NCBI GenBank assembly: GCA_964561875.1 | Contig: CAZLQL010000003.1 | Span: 5,822 to 69,821 of the forward strand | Length of the DNA stretch: 64,000 bases | From: an uncultured Candidatus Saccharibacteria bacterium | GTDB lineage: Bacteria > Patescibacteriota > Minisyncoccia > Phycocordibacterales > PALSA-1337 | Direction: 5' to 3' | Shown here: in pieces, positions 9,272-19,534 of the stretch | How positions within the stretch are numbered: position 1 is the stretch's first letter | How the letters are laid out: each line of letters begins with the position of its first letter | Made by a program: the position numbers and the translations under genes | Notes under the pieces: generated by a model | Databases searched by the model: none | Seen by the model: the letters and a program-made list of their open reading frames with translations, nothing else | What the model was told of the DNA's origin: nothing

Positions 9272-9298
9272 AAAACCTTCTTTCGGGAGGGTTTTTTT
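9272..9298 (+). terminator. Intrinsic terminator
   Basis: AAAACCTTCT-TTCG-GGAGGGTTTT then T-run. Confidence 0.8.
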
Positions 9299-9468
9299 AT
9301 TTATGTAAAGTTATACACATATATTTACCATAATATTTACCTTATATTTACACAGCATTGCATTTTATTGTCTAAAGAGTTATTATATTTATCCGGAGGT
9401 ATACAGTCCGATCATGGAGGTTGGGTAAACTGTATACAAGTACTAATTCGGTAAAGCACGGAGGTGCT

Positions 9469-9771
9469 ATGTCGTCTATCAGAGTCCCGAGAGACTTCGG
9501 TAAGTCTCATCGTAGTGCAACACAACACCCAGCGCGAGCCCAGCAATCTTCGGAGGAAGTTGCTGGGAAGCAAGCCCAAGCTCAGGTTCCAAAGGTGGAT
9601 TCGCCTGAGACGGTTGATCTGTGTCATGTTGCTCCCAAAAGGCAGCCAGTCAAGCATGGCGTTTATAAGTTTCCAAGGTGCCAGCCAGTAAATGGTCCCT
9701 CATTGAGGGAACAGATTCAGAGGCATAATGAGATCCTGTACGGGGGAGCTGAGTTTGGGATCCCAAGCTAA
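9469..9771 (+). CDS. GC-rich orphan protein, 100 aa, low complexity
   Basis: GGAGG SD upstream of ATG 9469; upstream TTGCAT/TATATT promoter-like site; downstream terminator. Confidence 0.55.
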   Translation: MSSIRVPRDFGKSHRSATQHPARAQQSSEEVAGKQAQAQVPKVDSPETVDLCHVAPKRQPVKHGVYKFPRCQPVNGPSLREQIQRHNEILYGGAEFGIPS

Positions 9772-9797
9772 CTGAAACTGAAAGTCTTTTAGACACG

Positions 9798-9846
9798 AAA
9801 CCCGCTAGGTATGTTCATATGATGTGGACTGCCTAAGCGGGTTTTT
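9798..9846 (+). terminator. Long hairpin intrinsic terminator
   Basis: AAACCCGCT-AGGTA...TGCCT-A-AGCGGGTTTTT. Confidence 0.7.
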
Positions 9847-9911
9847 GATTTTATAAAATATAGACAAAAAAATTATTGTATATGGTATAATATACACAGT
9901 AAAAAATCTCT

Positions 9912-11861
9912 ATGAATGAAGAAAGGATTACATATTTTGGACAAACAGATGCAAGGAATAAAAGGGTGTCTTTTGGTATAAAAGCAAAAGATAGAACTCG
10001 TCATGTTTATGTCATAGGAAAAACAGGTATGGGTAAGTCTACTTTACTCGAGAATATGGCTGTGCAGGATATAAAAAACGGTGAAGGTATGGCTTTTATA
10101 GATCCACACGGAAAAACTGCCGATCTATTACTTGAGTATGTGCCAAAAGAAAGAATAAAGGATGTAATATATTTTGCTCCTTTCGATTTGGATTACCCTA
10201 TATCATTTAATGTGCTTGAAAGTGTAGATGCAGACAAGAGACATCTAGTTGTTTCTGGGCTAATGAGTACATTTAAAAAGATTTGGAAGGATGCTTGGTC
10301 AGCCAGAATGGAATATATCCTAACAAATACTCTTCTTGCTCTCCTTGAATATCCAGAAGCAACACTACTCGGAGTAAATAGAATGCTTTCAGACAAAGAA
10401 TATAGAAAAAAAGTAATCTCTTGTGTAACAGATCCTGCAGTGAAGACCTTTTGGGTTGAAGAATTTGCAAACTATACAGAGCGTATGGCTGCAGAAGCTG
10501 TGCCTGCAATACAAAATAAGATCGGTCAGTTTACTGCAAATGCACTTATAAGAAACATGATAGGTCAATCCAAATCTTCTTTTGATATTAGAAAGGCTAT
10601 GGATGAGAAGAAGATTATGATAATTAACCTTTCAAAGGGAAGAATAGGAGAAACAAATGCAAATCTTCTAGGAGGTATGCTCATTACAAAGATATACCTC
10701 GCAGCACTTTCTCGTGCTGATGTTCCAGATAAAGTTTTAAAAACATTACCAAATTTCTATCTTTTTGTGGACGAGTTTCAATCTTTTGCAAATGAATCTT
10801 TTGCCGATATTTTGTCTGAGGCTAGAAAATATAAATTAAATCTAACAATTGCTCACCAATATATAGAACAAATGGAAGAAGAGGTAAGAGCAGCGGTATT
10901 CGGAAACGTTGGAACGATGATAGTCTTTAGGGTTGGTTCATATGATGCTGAGGTTTTGGAAAAAGAATTCGCACCGCAGTTTACTGCTGAGGATATTGTA
11001 AATCTTGGTTTCGCTCAAATATATTTGAAACTAATGATAGATGGAATAAGTTCATTACCTTTTTCTGCAACTACATTACCACCTATAGCTCAACCAGATG
11101 TTTCAAATGCAAAAGAAGTACTTGATACATCAAGATCGCAATTTGCTAGGACCAGAGCAGATGTTGAAAAAGCAATTGCAGATTGGCACGCACCTTTACC
11201 AGTTCCTCCGAAAGTAAAACCACAAACAAGACCTCAAGATAATCAAAGAGATTTAAATAGAGATGCAAATAGAGAGAGTTCAAAGACAAATGATAATCAC
11301 GGTCATACAAATTTGCATACAAATTCAAATACAAGTCCAGGTGTAAATCATAGTGCTTCTGAAAGTAAAAATAATGCAAGTAAGCCTCATTTTGATAATC
11401 ATTCACACTCACAAAATCAAAATCATGTTCATGTTGAAAATCATGTAAATAAAGAACATTCTAATCATCAAACAATAAATAATAGTAATATTCAGAATAC
11501 CCATACAAATCATCATGGTGAACATATGGAAAAAGATAAAAAAGATGATTTTATATCTCTAAATGATTTAAAGAAAAATATTCCAAATACGTCAAATATT
11601 ACTTCAAATAATAATCATAATAATACAAAGAATATAAAAACTCCTGATCCAAAAAATATCAGTGAATTAAAAAATGCTTTGGCTTCAGTATTGAAAAATA
11701 ATGATAAATTTAAGGAAAGTGCTAGACAAGTAAATACTGAACAAACAAAATCTCCAGTTCAAGATAGATCAAAAGAAAAAATAGCTCAAAATGATAATGT
11801 TAAACCAAATAATGGTGAAGTAAGTGAGGATGTACTAAAAGAGGTTCTTAAGGTAGAGTAA
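9912..11861 (+). CDS. VirB4/TraG/HerA-like ATPase (CPR type) with His/Asn-rich disordered C-terminus
   Basis: RHVYVIGKTGMGKS Walker A, IDPHG, LFVDEFQ Walker B, SEARKY, AHQYIEQ. Confidence 0.9.
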   Translation: MNEERITYFGQTDARNKRVSFGIKAKDRTRHVYVIGKTGMGKSTLLENMAVQDIKNGEGMAFIDPHGKTADLLLEYVPKERIKDVIYFAPFDLDYPISFNVLESVDADKRHLVVSGLMSTFKKIWKDAWSARMEYILTNTLLALLEYPEATLLGVNRMLSDKEYRKKVISCVTDPAVKTFWVEEFANYTERMAAEAVPAIQNKIGQFTANALIRNMIGQSKSSFDIRKAMDEKKIMIINLSKGRIGETNANLLGGMLITKIYLAALSRADVPDKVLKTLPNFYLFVDEFQSFANESFADILSEARKYKLNLTIAHQYIEQMEEEVRAAVFGNVGTMIVFRVGSYDAEVLEKEFAPQFTAEDIVNLGFAQIYLKLMIDGISSLPFSATTLPPIAQPDVSNAKEVLDTSRSQFARTRADVEKAIADWHAPLPVPPKVKPQTRPQDNQRDLNRDANRESSKTNDNHGHTNLHTNSNTSPGVNHSASESKNNASKPHFDNHSHSQNQNHVHVENHVNKEHSNHQTINNSNIQNTHTNHHGEHMEKDKKDDFISLNDLKKNIPNTSNITSNNNHNNTKNIKTPDPKNISELKNALASVLKNNDKFKESARQVNTEQTKSPVQDRSKEKIAQNDNVKPNNGEVSEDVLKEVLKVE

Positions 11862-11865
11862 ATAC

Positions 11866-13074
11866 ATGGAAAAGGGGGTAAATAACAGCCAAAACAAGAT
11901 TGCACTGATCTTTTCAGTAGCTTATTATCCTTATCTAATAGGAGGGGCAGAGGTAGCTGTAAAAGAGATAACTGACAGAATAAATTCAGATTATGAGTTT
12001 GACATGATAACTCTTTATGCTGGAGAGAAAAGAGTGGAGAAAATTGGAAATATAAATGTATATAGAGTAGGTCCAAAGATAGATATCAGACAAGGTAAAG
12101 CAGTAAAAATATCTCATTTTATAAAAGTCATATACATCATAAGTGCATTTTTTAAGGCACTTATTTTAAATAGAAAAAGAAAGTATGATTTTATTTGGTC
12201 TATAATGGCAAGCTTCTCAGGATTTAGTGCATTATTTTTCAAATATATAAATAAAGAAATACCTTTTCTATTAACTTTGCAGGAAGGAGATTCTCTGGAA
12301 CATATACAAAAAGCTCTTGGTATTACATACCCGATATCTAAACCACTTTATAAAAAGATTTTTGTAAAGGCAGATTATATACAAGCTATATCAAAATTCT
12401 TGGCAGACTATGCAAAAGATATGGGTGCGGTTTGTGATATAGAGATAATTCCAAATGCTGTAGACTTTAAACTTTTTTCTAATCCTCAACAACAAGGTCA
12501 GATTAAGGCTTTGAAATCAGAGTTGGGAATAAAAGATGATGAAAATGTACTGATTACAACGTCTAGATTGGTACAAAAGAATGCTGTCGGGGATATTATC
12601 GATTCCATGTCATTTCTTCCAAAAAATACAAAACTTTTGATACTTGGTATTGGCTCGCAGGAGGATTTTCTTAAAGAAAAAGTAAGTTTACTAAAGCTTG
12701 AAGATAGAGTTGCATTTGTAGGTTTTGTTCCGTATAAAGATATTCCTTTATACCTAAGTATTTCACATGTATTTATAAGACCGTCATTATCTGAAGGTTT
12801 CGGAAATTCATTTATCGAAGCAATGGCTTCTGGCATTCCAGTTGTAGCTACAAAAGTTGGAGGTATAGTTGATTTTCTAATCGACAATCAAACTGGATTT
12901 TTTTGTGAAGTAAAGAATCCAAAAAGTATAGCAGATAAAGTCAATCTAATATTATCTAATTCTGATTTGAGAAGTGAAGTTATAGAAAATGCAAAGAAAA
13001 TGGTTAAAGAAAAATATGATTGGGATATTATCTCTAAGGATATGGTAGGTAATGTTTTTAATAAAATTAGATAA
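11866..13074 (+). CDS. Glycosyltransferase family 4
   Basis: GGAE, SRLVQKN, PSLSEGFGNSFIEAMASG. Confidence 0.92.
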   Translation: MEKGVNNSQNKIALIFSVAYYPYLIGGAEVAVKEITDRINSDYEFDMITLYAGEKRVEKIGNINVYRVGPKIDIRQGKAVKISHFIKVIYIISAFFKALILNRKRKYDFIWSIMASFSGFSALFFKYINKEIPFLLTLQEGDSLEHIQKALGITYPISKPLYKKIFVKADYIQAISKFLADYAKDMGAVCDIEIIPNAVDFKLFSNPQQQGQIKALKSELGIKDDENVLITTSRLVQKNAVGDIIDSMSFLPKNTKLLILGIGSQEDFLKEKVSLLKLEDRVAFVGFVPYKDIPLYLSISHVFIRPSLSEGFGNSFIEAMASGIPVVATKVGGIVDFLIDNQTGFFCEVKNPKSIADKVNLILSNSDLRSEVIENAKKMVKEKYDWDIISKDMVGNVFNKIR

Positions 13075-13075
13075 A

Positions 13076-14104
13076 ATGAAAATATTAATTTCTACAGGTA
13101 TATATCCACCTAAAACTTCCGGCCCAGCACAATATGCTTTCAATATGAATAGGGTTTGGACAAATATGGGTCATACAGTCTACGTCAAGACATTCGGTAT
13201 TGAAAATATGATACCAACAGGTTTAAGACATTTGTTTTATTTTATTAAGATCATACCTAGCGTAATATGGTCAGATTTCGTATTTGCTTTAGATACATTT
13301 AGTGTTGGATTACCAACTGCTCTAGCTTGTTTTTTATTTAATAAAAAATTGGTTATAAGAACGGGGGGTGATTTTCTTTGGGAAGGTTATGTAGAGAGAA
13401 CAGGTGATATGGCACTTTTGAAAGACTTTTATAAGACTAGACTAGATAAATTTTATATAAAAGAAAAAATAATTTTTTATTTAACAAAATGGACATTGTC
13501 TCATACAGATAAAATTATATTTAGTACATCATGGCAAAAAGATATATTCCTATACCCTTATGAATTGATTAATAAAAATAATGACGGGGAGATATGTATA
13601 GTAGAAAACAGATATGGAGAAAAAGAAAAACAAGATATAAAAAATATAATAAATAAAGATTTTATAGGGAGTACAAGACCACTTAAGTGGAAAAATCTTG
13701 GTTTACTAAATGAAGTTTTTAATGATCCTAAACTATCTCAAAATGGACTGAAACTTATAACAAATGAAATGCCATATCAAAAATTTATGGATATGATAAA
13801 AGAATCATACGCTGTAATACTTGTTTCTCTGGGTGACATAAGTCCGCATATGATCCTAGATGCAATACGACTTAATAAACCTTTTATCGTCACAGAAGAA
13901 AACGGTTTAATGAATAGAATTGCTGATATATCAATAACAGTAAATCCACTTGATCAAAACGATATAAAAGAGAAGATTGATTTCTTACTTGATAAAGATA
14001 ATTACAATAGACAAGTAGAAAAAATAAAATCATTCAATTTTATTCACACTTGGGAAGACATAGCAAAAGAGATTATTGAGATTTCAAATAGTATAAAAAA
14101 ATAA
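13076..14104 (+). CDS. Glycosyltransferase family 4 (divergent)
   Basis: MKILISTGIYPP..SGPA, SLGDISPHMILDA. Confidence 0.8.
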   Translation: MKILISTGIYPPKTSGPAQYAFNMNRVWTNMGHTVYVKTFGIENMIPTGLRHLFYFIKIIPSVIWSDFVFALDTFSVGLPTALACFLFNKKLVIRTGGDFLWEGYVERTGDMALLKDFYKTRLDKFYIKEKIIFYLTKWTLSHTDKIIFSTSWQKDIFLYPYELINKNNDGEICIVENRYGEKEKQDIKNIINKDFIGSTRPLKWKNLGLLNEVFNDPKLSQNGLKLITNEMPYQKFMDMIKESYAVILVSLGDISPHMILDAIRLNKPFIVTEENGLMNRIADISITVNPLDQNDIKEKIDFLLDKDNYNRQVEKIKSFNFIHTWEDIAKEIIEISNSIKK

Positions 14105-14105
14105 T

Positions 14106-15089
14106 ATGAAATTATTATCCATTTCAACAGATAGAAAAATATTTGATAAAAATAGTAGTGTTGCATTGAGGCAAATTGATTATGCAAAAAAATATGAAGA
14201 AGTACACATTATCGTATTTTCTGATGTAAAATTCTCTGAAACTGTATTGGCACCTAATCTATGGATTTATCCAACTAGATCAAGTTCAAAATGGAAATAT
14301 ATATATGACGGTTTAAAATTGGCAAAATTTATCTTGAGTAAAAGGGGTATAACCCATATCACATGCCAAGATCCATTTGAAACAGGTTTAATAGGTGCTA
14401 TTTTAAAAAATAAAAATCCAAATGTTGAGCTTGAATTGCAAATACATACTGATATTGGAAGTGAATATTTTCAAAAGTTTAGTTTTTTAAATAGGATTAG
14501 AACTAGACTTTCATATTTTACTTTAATAAGAGCAGATCATATAAGAGTTGTTTCAAATAGAATCAAGGATTATTTAATTAAATTTATTGATTCATCAAAA
14601 ATAGAAGTTCGTCCAATAAAAGTAGATTTTGAAAAGATAAATAACTCCTCAATAACTACTGATTTACATAAACAGTATCCTCAATATGAAAAGATCGTTC
14701 TTATGGCAAGTAGATTGGAAAAAGAGAAAAATATAGACATGGCTATTGATGCTTTTTCTGAAGTTTTGAAGATGAGGCAAAATGTCGGCCTAGTTATCGT
14801 GGGTGATGGTAGTCAGAAACAATTACTTGAAAAAAGAGTAAAAGATTTGGGAATAGCAGGATCAGTAGTCTTTTTGGGATGGCAAAATGATGTGATTACT
14901 TACTATAAAACTTGTGATATATTTTTATCTACTTCATGGTACGAGGGGTACGGTCTATCTTTAGTAGAAGCACATAGTTTAGGAATAAAGGTTGTAAGTA
15001 CTGATGTTGGTATTGCAAAAGAATTAAATTTAAAAATTGTTAAATTTGATAAGACATCTATCGCTTGGGGGATTATCGAAAATATATGA
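14106..15089 (+). CDS. Glycosyltransferase family 4
   Basis: SRLEKEK, SWYEGYGLSLVEA. Confidence 0.9.
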   Translation: MKLLSISTDRKIFDKNSSVALRQIDYAKKYEEVHIIVFSDVKFSETVLAPNLWIYPTRSSSKWKYIYDGLKLAKFILSKRGITHITCQDPFETGLIGAILKNKNPNVELELQIHTDIGSEYFQKFSFLNRIRTRLSYFTLIRADHIRVVSNRIKDYLIKFIDSSKIEVRPIKVDFEKINNSSITTDLHKQYPQYEKIVLMASRLEKEKNIDMAIDAFSEVLKMRQNVGLVIVGDGSQKQLLEKRVKDLGIAGSVVFLGWQNDVITYYKTCDIFLSTSWYEGYGLSLVEAHSLGIKVVSTDVGIAKELNLKIVKFDKTSIAWGIIENI

Positions 15090-16567
15090 ATTCTATAATG
15101 AAAAATACACTAGTAAAGTACATAATTTCAGGTTGTACTGCAGCCTTGGTAAATCTGACCACTCTACATTTTTTAGATATATATTCAGGTTTTCATTATC
15201 TATTAAGTGTTAATATTGCATTTATAACTGCATTTTTTATAAGTTTTTTTATGCAGAAGTATTGGACATTTAATGACAATAGGAAAGATAAGACTGGTCT
15301 GCAACTCATAAAATACTTCTCAGTTTCGATAATAAATGTCTTTTTAAATAGTTTTTTAATATATTTACTTGTAAGCAAAATAGAAATTTCAGGAATTCTC
15401 TTTTTAAGACAGGTTGTACTCGCTCAGATAATATCTGCGATAATTGTTGCTATCGAATCGTACTTTGTTTATAAAATATTGATTTTTGATAAAAAACCTA
15501 TTTTAAAACATGATAATAAGCCAAAAAGAATATTGATAATTACACAAAAAATAGATAAAGATGATAGCTATTTTGGCTTTTTCCATGATTGGGTAAAGTT
15601 GTTTGCTCAATCGTGTGAAAGTGTAACTGTTGTATCGCTCGAAACACATGGTTATGATTTACCAGGAAATGTCGAGGTTTTATCTTTAGGTAAAGAAGCA
15701 CAAAGATCTCGTTTTAATTATTTAAAATTATTCTACAAATACATAATAGAGAATAGGGATAAATACGATTCAGTATTTTGTCATATGAGCCCACTTTATG
15801 TGATCTGTGGTTATCTTGTGTGGAGTATTTTAAATAAAAAAATAGTTTTGTGGTACGTTCATAGATCTGTAGACTTTAAATTACGCTTATCACACCTGCT
15901 AGTAGATGAAGTTCTGACTTCTACAAAAGAGACCTTTGGTATTAAGTCAGATAAAATAAAATATCTAGGTCAAGCAGTGTCAGTAGAACATTTTTCAAAC
16001 AAAATCGGAGAAAGAAAACCAGATGGCTATTTTAATATAATAACCGTAGGAAGAATCACACCGATTAAAAGAGTTGATATTGCCATAGAATCTTTAGCAT
16101 TATTGATAGAAAGTAAGGTTCCAGCCAAACTATATATAGCTGGTGCACCAACTATGGAAGGGGATTTTGAATATGAATCAATGCTACAAAAAAAGATAAA
16201 GGATCTAGGTTTGGGTGATAGTGTTATATTTCTTGGTCCAATTCCTTATAAAAATATACCAAAATACTACTGGGAAAGTGATGTCTGTATAAACCTTGCA
16301 CCAACAGGAGGGTTGGATAAAACCGTACTCGAGGCAATGATGGCAGGTTTGCCAGTTATAACATCAAATATGGCATTTACAGATCACTTAAATGGTTATG
16401 TTAAAGATTTATTGTGTAATGATAGCGATCCAAAAGATACAGCTTCTAAATTATACAATCTATATAATTCCAAGAACTATTCTTTTGTAGGATTTTCTCT
16501 GAGAAAAGAGGTGCTCAAACGTTCTACACTAGATGCTCTAATTTTAAATATAATAAAAGAATTATAA
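15086..16567 (+). CDS. GtrA-family membrane domain fused to a GT4 glycosyltransferase
   Basis: N-terminal KYIISG...QKYWTF 4-TM GtrA signature; C-terminal GRITPIK, GGLDKTVLEAM. Confidence 0.85.
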   Translation: MNSIMKNTLVKYIISGCTAALVNLTTLHFLDIYSGFHYLLSVNIAFITAFFISFFMQKYWTFNDNRKDKTGLQLIKYFSVSIINVFLNSFLIYLLVSKIEISGILFLRQVVLAQIISAIIVAIESYFVYKILIFDKKPILKHDNKPKRILIITQKIDKDDSYFGFFHDWVKLFAQSCESVTVVSLETHGYDLPGNVEVLSLGKEAQRSRFNYLKLFYKYIIENRDKYDSVFCHMSPLYVICGYLVWSILNKKIVLWYVHRSVDFKLRLSHLLVDEVLTSTKETFGIKSDKIKYLGQAVSVEHFSNKIGERKPDGYFNIITVGRITPIKRVDIAIESLALLIESKVPAKLYIAGAPTMEGDFEYESMLQKKIKDLGLGDSVIFLGPIPYKNIPKYYWESDVCINLAPTGGLDKTVLEAMMAGLPVITSNMAFTDHLNGYVKDLLCNDSDPKDTASKLYNLYNSKNYSFVGFSLRKEVLKRSTLDALILNIIKEL

Positions 16568-16568
16568 A

Positions 16569-17636
16569 ATGAAAAAGATATGTTTTTTCGGTATATATGA
16601 TTCAAATTATTCTAGAAATAAAGTACTAATAAAGGGTTTTAAAGAAAATACTTTTGAAGTTTATGAATGCAAAATTGATCCGAGAAAATACGGCGGTTTT
16701 TCAAAATTTTATGAACTATATAAAGAGTATAAAAAGATAAAAGATATTGAATTTGACCACGTTATCGTAGCTTTTCCAGGTCATAGTGTAGTGTGGTTGG
16801 CTTACATTCTTTTTGGTAGAAATATTGTTTTTGATGCTTTCGTCTCTCTTTATAATTCAAATGTACAAGATAGGGAAAAGTATAGTAAATTTTCATTATC
16901 GTCTTTTAAAGACGCATTTCTCGATTGGTACTCTGTTTATTTAGCTAAAACAGTTTTACTCGATACAAATGAACATATCAAATACTTTTCTAAAAGATAT
17001 GGTTTAAAATCAGACAAAATGATTAGAGTTTTAGTTGGTACTGATACAGACATAATGAAACCAGATAAATATATAAATAATAATGAATTTGTATTACATT
17101 TTCACGGAAGTTTTATACCTCTTCAAGGGATTCAATATATAGTGCAGGCATATAGTATTGTATTAAATAAATATAGAGAAAATAATATCAGATTAAGAAT
17201 AATCGGTAGAGGTCAAGAAACAAATAAAATAAAAGAATTATCTAAGACTTTGAATATTTATGATAGGATCGATTTTATAGATTATGTGCCGTATGATGAA
17301 TTGGTAAAATACATAAATAATTCTCATATAAATCTTGGTATATTTGGTAATGGAATAAAATCAAACATGGTAATACCAAATAAAGTATATGAAGCTATTG
17401 CTTGTGGAAAGGCAGTAGTAACAGCAGATACCGATGCAATAAAAGAGGTTTTAATAAATAATGAAAATGCTATTTTGGTAACTAAAGCTGATAGTGAAGA
17501 ACTTGCAAAAGTAATAGTAGATTTGAAAAATAATAAAAATACTATAGATAGAATAGAGAATAATATAATAAAGTTGAGAGAAAAGGTGACTCCAAAAGCT
17601 ATAGTTTCTGATTTAATAAATAAGCTAAAATCATAA
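16569..17636 (+). CDS. Glycosyltransferase family 4
   Basis: FHGSFIPLQG, IPNKVYEAIACG. Confidence 0.88.
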   Translation: MKKICFFGIYDSNYSRNKVLIKGFKENTFEVYECKIDPRKYGGFSKFYELYKEYKKIKDIEFDHVIVAFPGHSVVWLAYILFGRNIVFDAFVSLYNSNVQDREKYSKFSLSSFKDAFLDWYSVYLAKTVLLDTNEHIKYFSKRYGLKSDKMIRVLVGTDTDIMKPDKYINNNEFVLHFHGSFIPLQGIQYIVQAYSIVLNKYRENNIRLRIIGRGQETNKIKELSKTLNIYDRIDFIDYVPYDELVKYINNSHINLGIFGNGIKSNMVIPNKVYEAIACGKAVVTADTDAIKEVLINNENAILVTKADSEELAKVIVDLKNNKNTIDRIENNIIKLREKVTPKAIVSDLINKLKS

Positions 17637-17637
17637 T

Positions 17638-18618
17638 ATGATAAATATTGCTTGTATAATTCCAAATAAAAAAGACGACTATCTCACAAATACTGTAATC
17701 GATGGTCTCTCTCAGCTTGAAAATGAAGGTGAAATAAATTATTTTGTTTCTTCAAATTTATATAAAAATGAAAATATTAAAGAAAAAAATAGGAGAGTAA
17801 ATGATAGTAATTTTATCGAAGAGGCAAAAAGTGCAGATATAATAATACTTTTTTGGAGTAAAGACGGGACAGATATAAATACTGCAAATAAAATAAATAG
17901 ATTTGATAAAACAGTTTTTATAGACGGTAGTGAATTGGGAGGTAATAAAAGACTAGATGAAGAAATTGTAAATAAAGTACAAAATCTAAAGTGGGAAAAT
18001 CAAGGAAAGATAGATGTTGAAATGATGCAAAAATGCATAGGATACTTCAGGAGAGAAAAGCCCTATATAAATGGAATAATCCCTTTTCCATTTGGTATAG
18101 AGAGAAAATATATAAATTGGAATAAAGAAATAAAAAAAGATATTGATTTTGTTTGTATATTCGGACAACAGGACTATCCACCACTTAGAAGAGAAGTAAA
18201 AGAAATACTTGAAGATTTCTGTAAAAGAAATAACTTTTCATATTTTACACAAAAAACAAAAAGTAAAGATGAATTTTACAATATTCTTTCAAGGGCAAAA
18301 GTTGGAATTTCTGTCAGTGGAGGAGGATATGATACAGCAAGATTTTGGGAAATATTGGCCAATAACTGTATTTTAATTACTGAAAAAATAGATATATATA
18401 GACCAGAAAATCATAGGTTAAATTATAAAAATATATTTGAATTCAATAATAAAAATGATTTTTTGAATGTTTTAACAAGAGTTTCTCAGTATATTGTAAA
18501 TGATTATGATACAGATTATATCAGTGATGAATATAAGGAAATTATAGAGAAACATGGCACAAGATCCAGAGTAAAAGAAATAATTGATTATTGTAAATAT
18601 AAAGGTATTATTAAATAA
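17638..18618 (+). CDS. GT-B glycosyltransferase-like protein (CgeB/exostosin-like C-terminus)
   Basis: KDIDFVC..RR, LSRAKVGISVSGGGYDTARFWE. Confidence 0.7.
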   Translation: MINIACIIPNKKDDYLTNTVIDGLSQLENEGEINYFVSSNLYKNENIKEKNRRVNDSNFIEEAKSADIIILFWSKDGTDINTANKINRFDKTVFIDGSELGGNKRLDEEIVNKVQNLKWENQGKIDVEMMQKCIGYFRREKPYINGIIPFPFGIERKYINWNKEIKKDIDFVCIFGQQDYPPLRREVKEILEDFCKRNNFSYFTQKTKSKDEFYNILSRAKVGISVSGGGYDTARFWEILANNCILITEKIDIYRPENHRLNYKNIFEFNNKNDFLNVLTRVSQYIVNDYDTDYISDEYKEIIEKHGTRSRVKEIIDYCKYKGIIK

Positions 18619-19533
18619 ATGAATAAACAGTGTAATGTTTGTGGCGGAGAAGGATTGTATATATTAAATAAAGATGGTTTTGATATGTATAAATGTATCA
18701 AGTGTAACCTGGTATATGTGTATCCTGAACCTAAAAAAGAATATTTAAAGGATTCTGTATATTCTTTTGAATCTGGCTATCAATCACAAAAGCCAAAAGA
18801 TCTATCAAAAGTTCCTCTAACAAAATCTTATAAAAAGATTTTTGATTTTATCGAAAAAAAGGGAATAAAGGGAAAAATGTTAGATGTTGGTTGCTCAAAT
18901 GGTGAGTTTTTATTTCATGCTAAAAAGAGAGGATTTGAAGTGGTTGGAATTGAGCTTAATCAAAGAACAGCAGAAATAGCAAAAAATAACGGTATAAATG
19001 TTCATGTAGGAATAATTGACGATATCGTTCTACCTGAAAATAGTTTTGATTGCGTATTTTTAGGGGATATTATAGAGCATGTGCCGAACCCAAAAGATTT
19101 TTTAAATAGATGTTTATCTCTTGTTAAAAAGGGTGGTTATATAATAATTTCAACACCAAATCTTGATTGTATGTGGTCAAAAGCTGGATATTTTCTTTAT
19201 TCAGTATTCAAAATCCCTTGGTCATCCATAACTCCTCCTTATCATCTATTTCAGTTTAGTGTAGAAAATCTTGAAAAGTTAATGATTGATTTGGGTTTGG
19301 GTATTGATTCTGTTTGGTATAGTGGTAGGCCTAGTCTAAAATATGAATTAGGATCGTTGCATCTATTAAAAAGAGTAAAGAATTCAAGTGGTTTTAGAAA
19401 AATGCTTAATGGATTATACATGGTATTTGCTTTCACTTTTTATGCAATAATTTACTATATGATAAATATCTTAAAATTTATTAAAATAATTAAAAAGGAT
19501 TTTGCTATGGTGGTTGTTGGTATAAAAAAATAA
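18619..19533 (+). CDS. Class I SAM methyltransferase with N-terminal Zn ribbon
   Basis: CNVC..CIKC, LDVGCSNG, DIIEH, STPN, PPYHL. Confidence 0.88.
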   Translation: MNKQCNVCGGEGLYILNKDGFDMYKCIKCNLVYVYPEPKKEYLKDSVYSFESGYQSQKPKDLSKVPLTKSYKKIFDFIEKKGIKGKMLDVGCSNGEFLFHAKKRGFEVVGIELNQRTAEIAKNNGINVHVGIIDDIVLPENSFDCVFLGDIIEHVPNPKDFLNRCLSLVKKGGYIIISTPNLDCMWSKAGYFLYSVFKIPWSSITPPYHLFQFSVENLEKLMIDLGLGIDSVWYSGRPSLKYELGSLHLLKRVKNSSGFRKMLNGLYMVFAFTFYAIIYYMINILKFIKIIKKDFAMVVVGIKK

Positions 19534-19534
19534 T

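Noticed and set aside
9164-9454. 96-aa ORF (and antisense 9055-9243) over the GC-rich patch
   Set aside because: It runs through the RNA structure, terminator and next promoter and has no SD; the ncRNA explains the composition better
9912-11861. Conjugative element or ICE implied by the VirB4/TraG-like ATPase
   Set aside because: No relaxase, integrase or other T4SS genes in the window; this ATPase type is a common chromosomal gene in CPR
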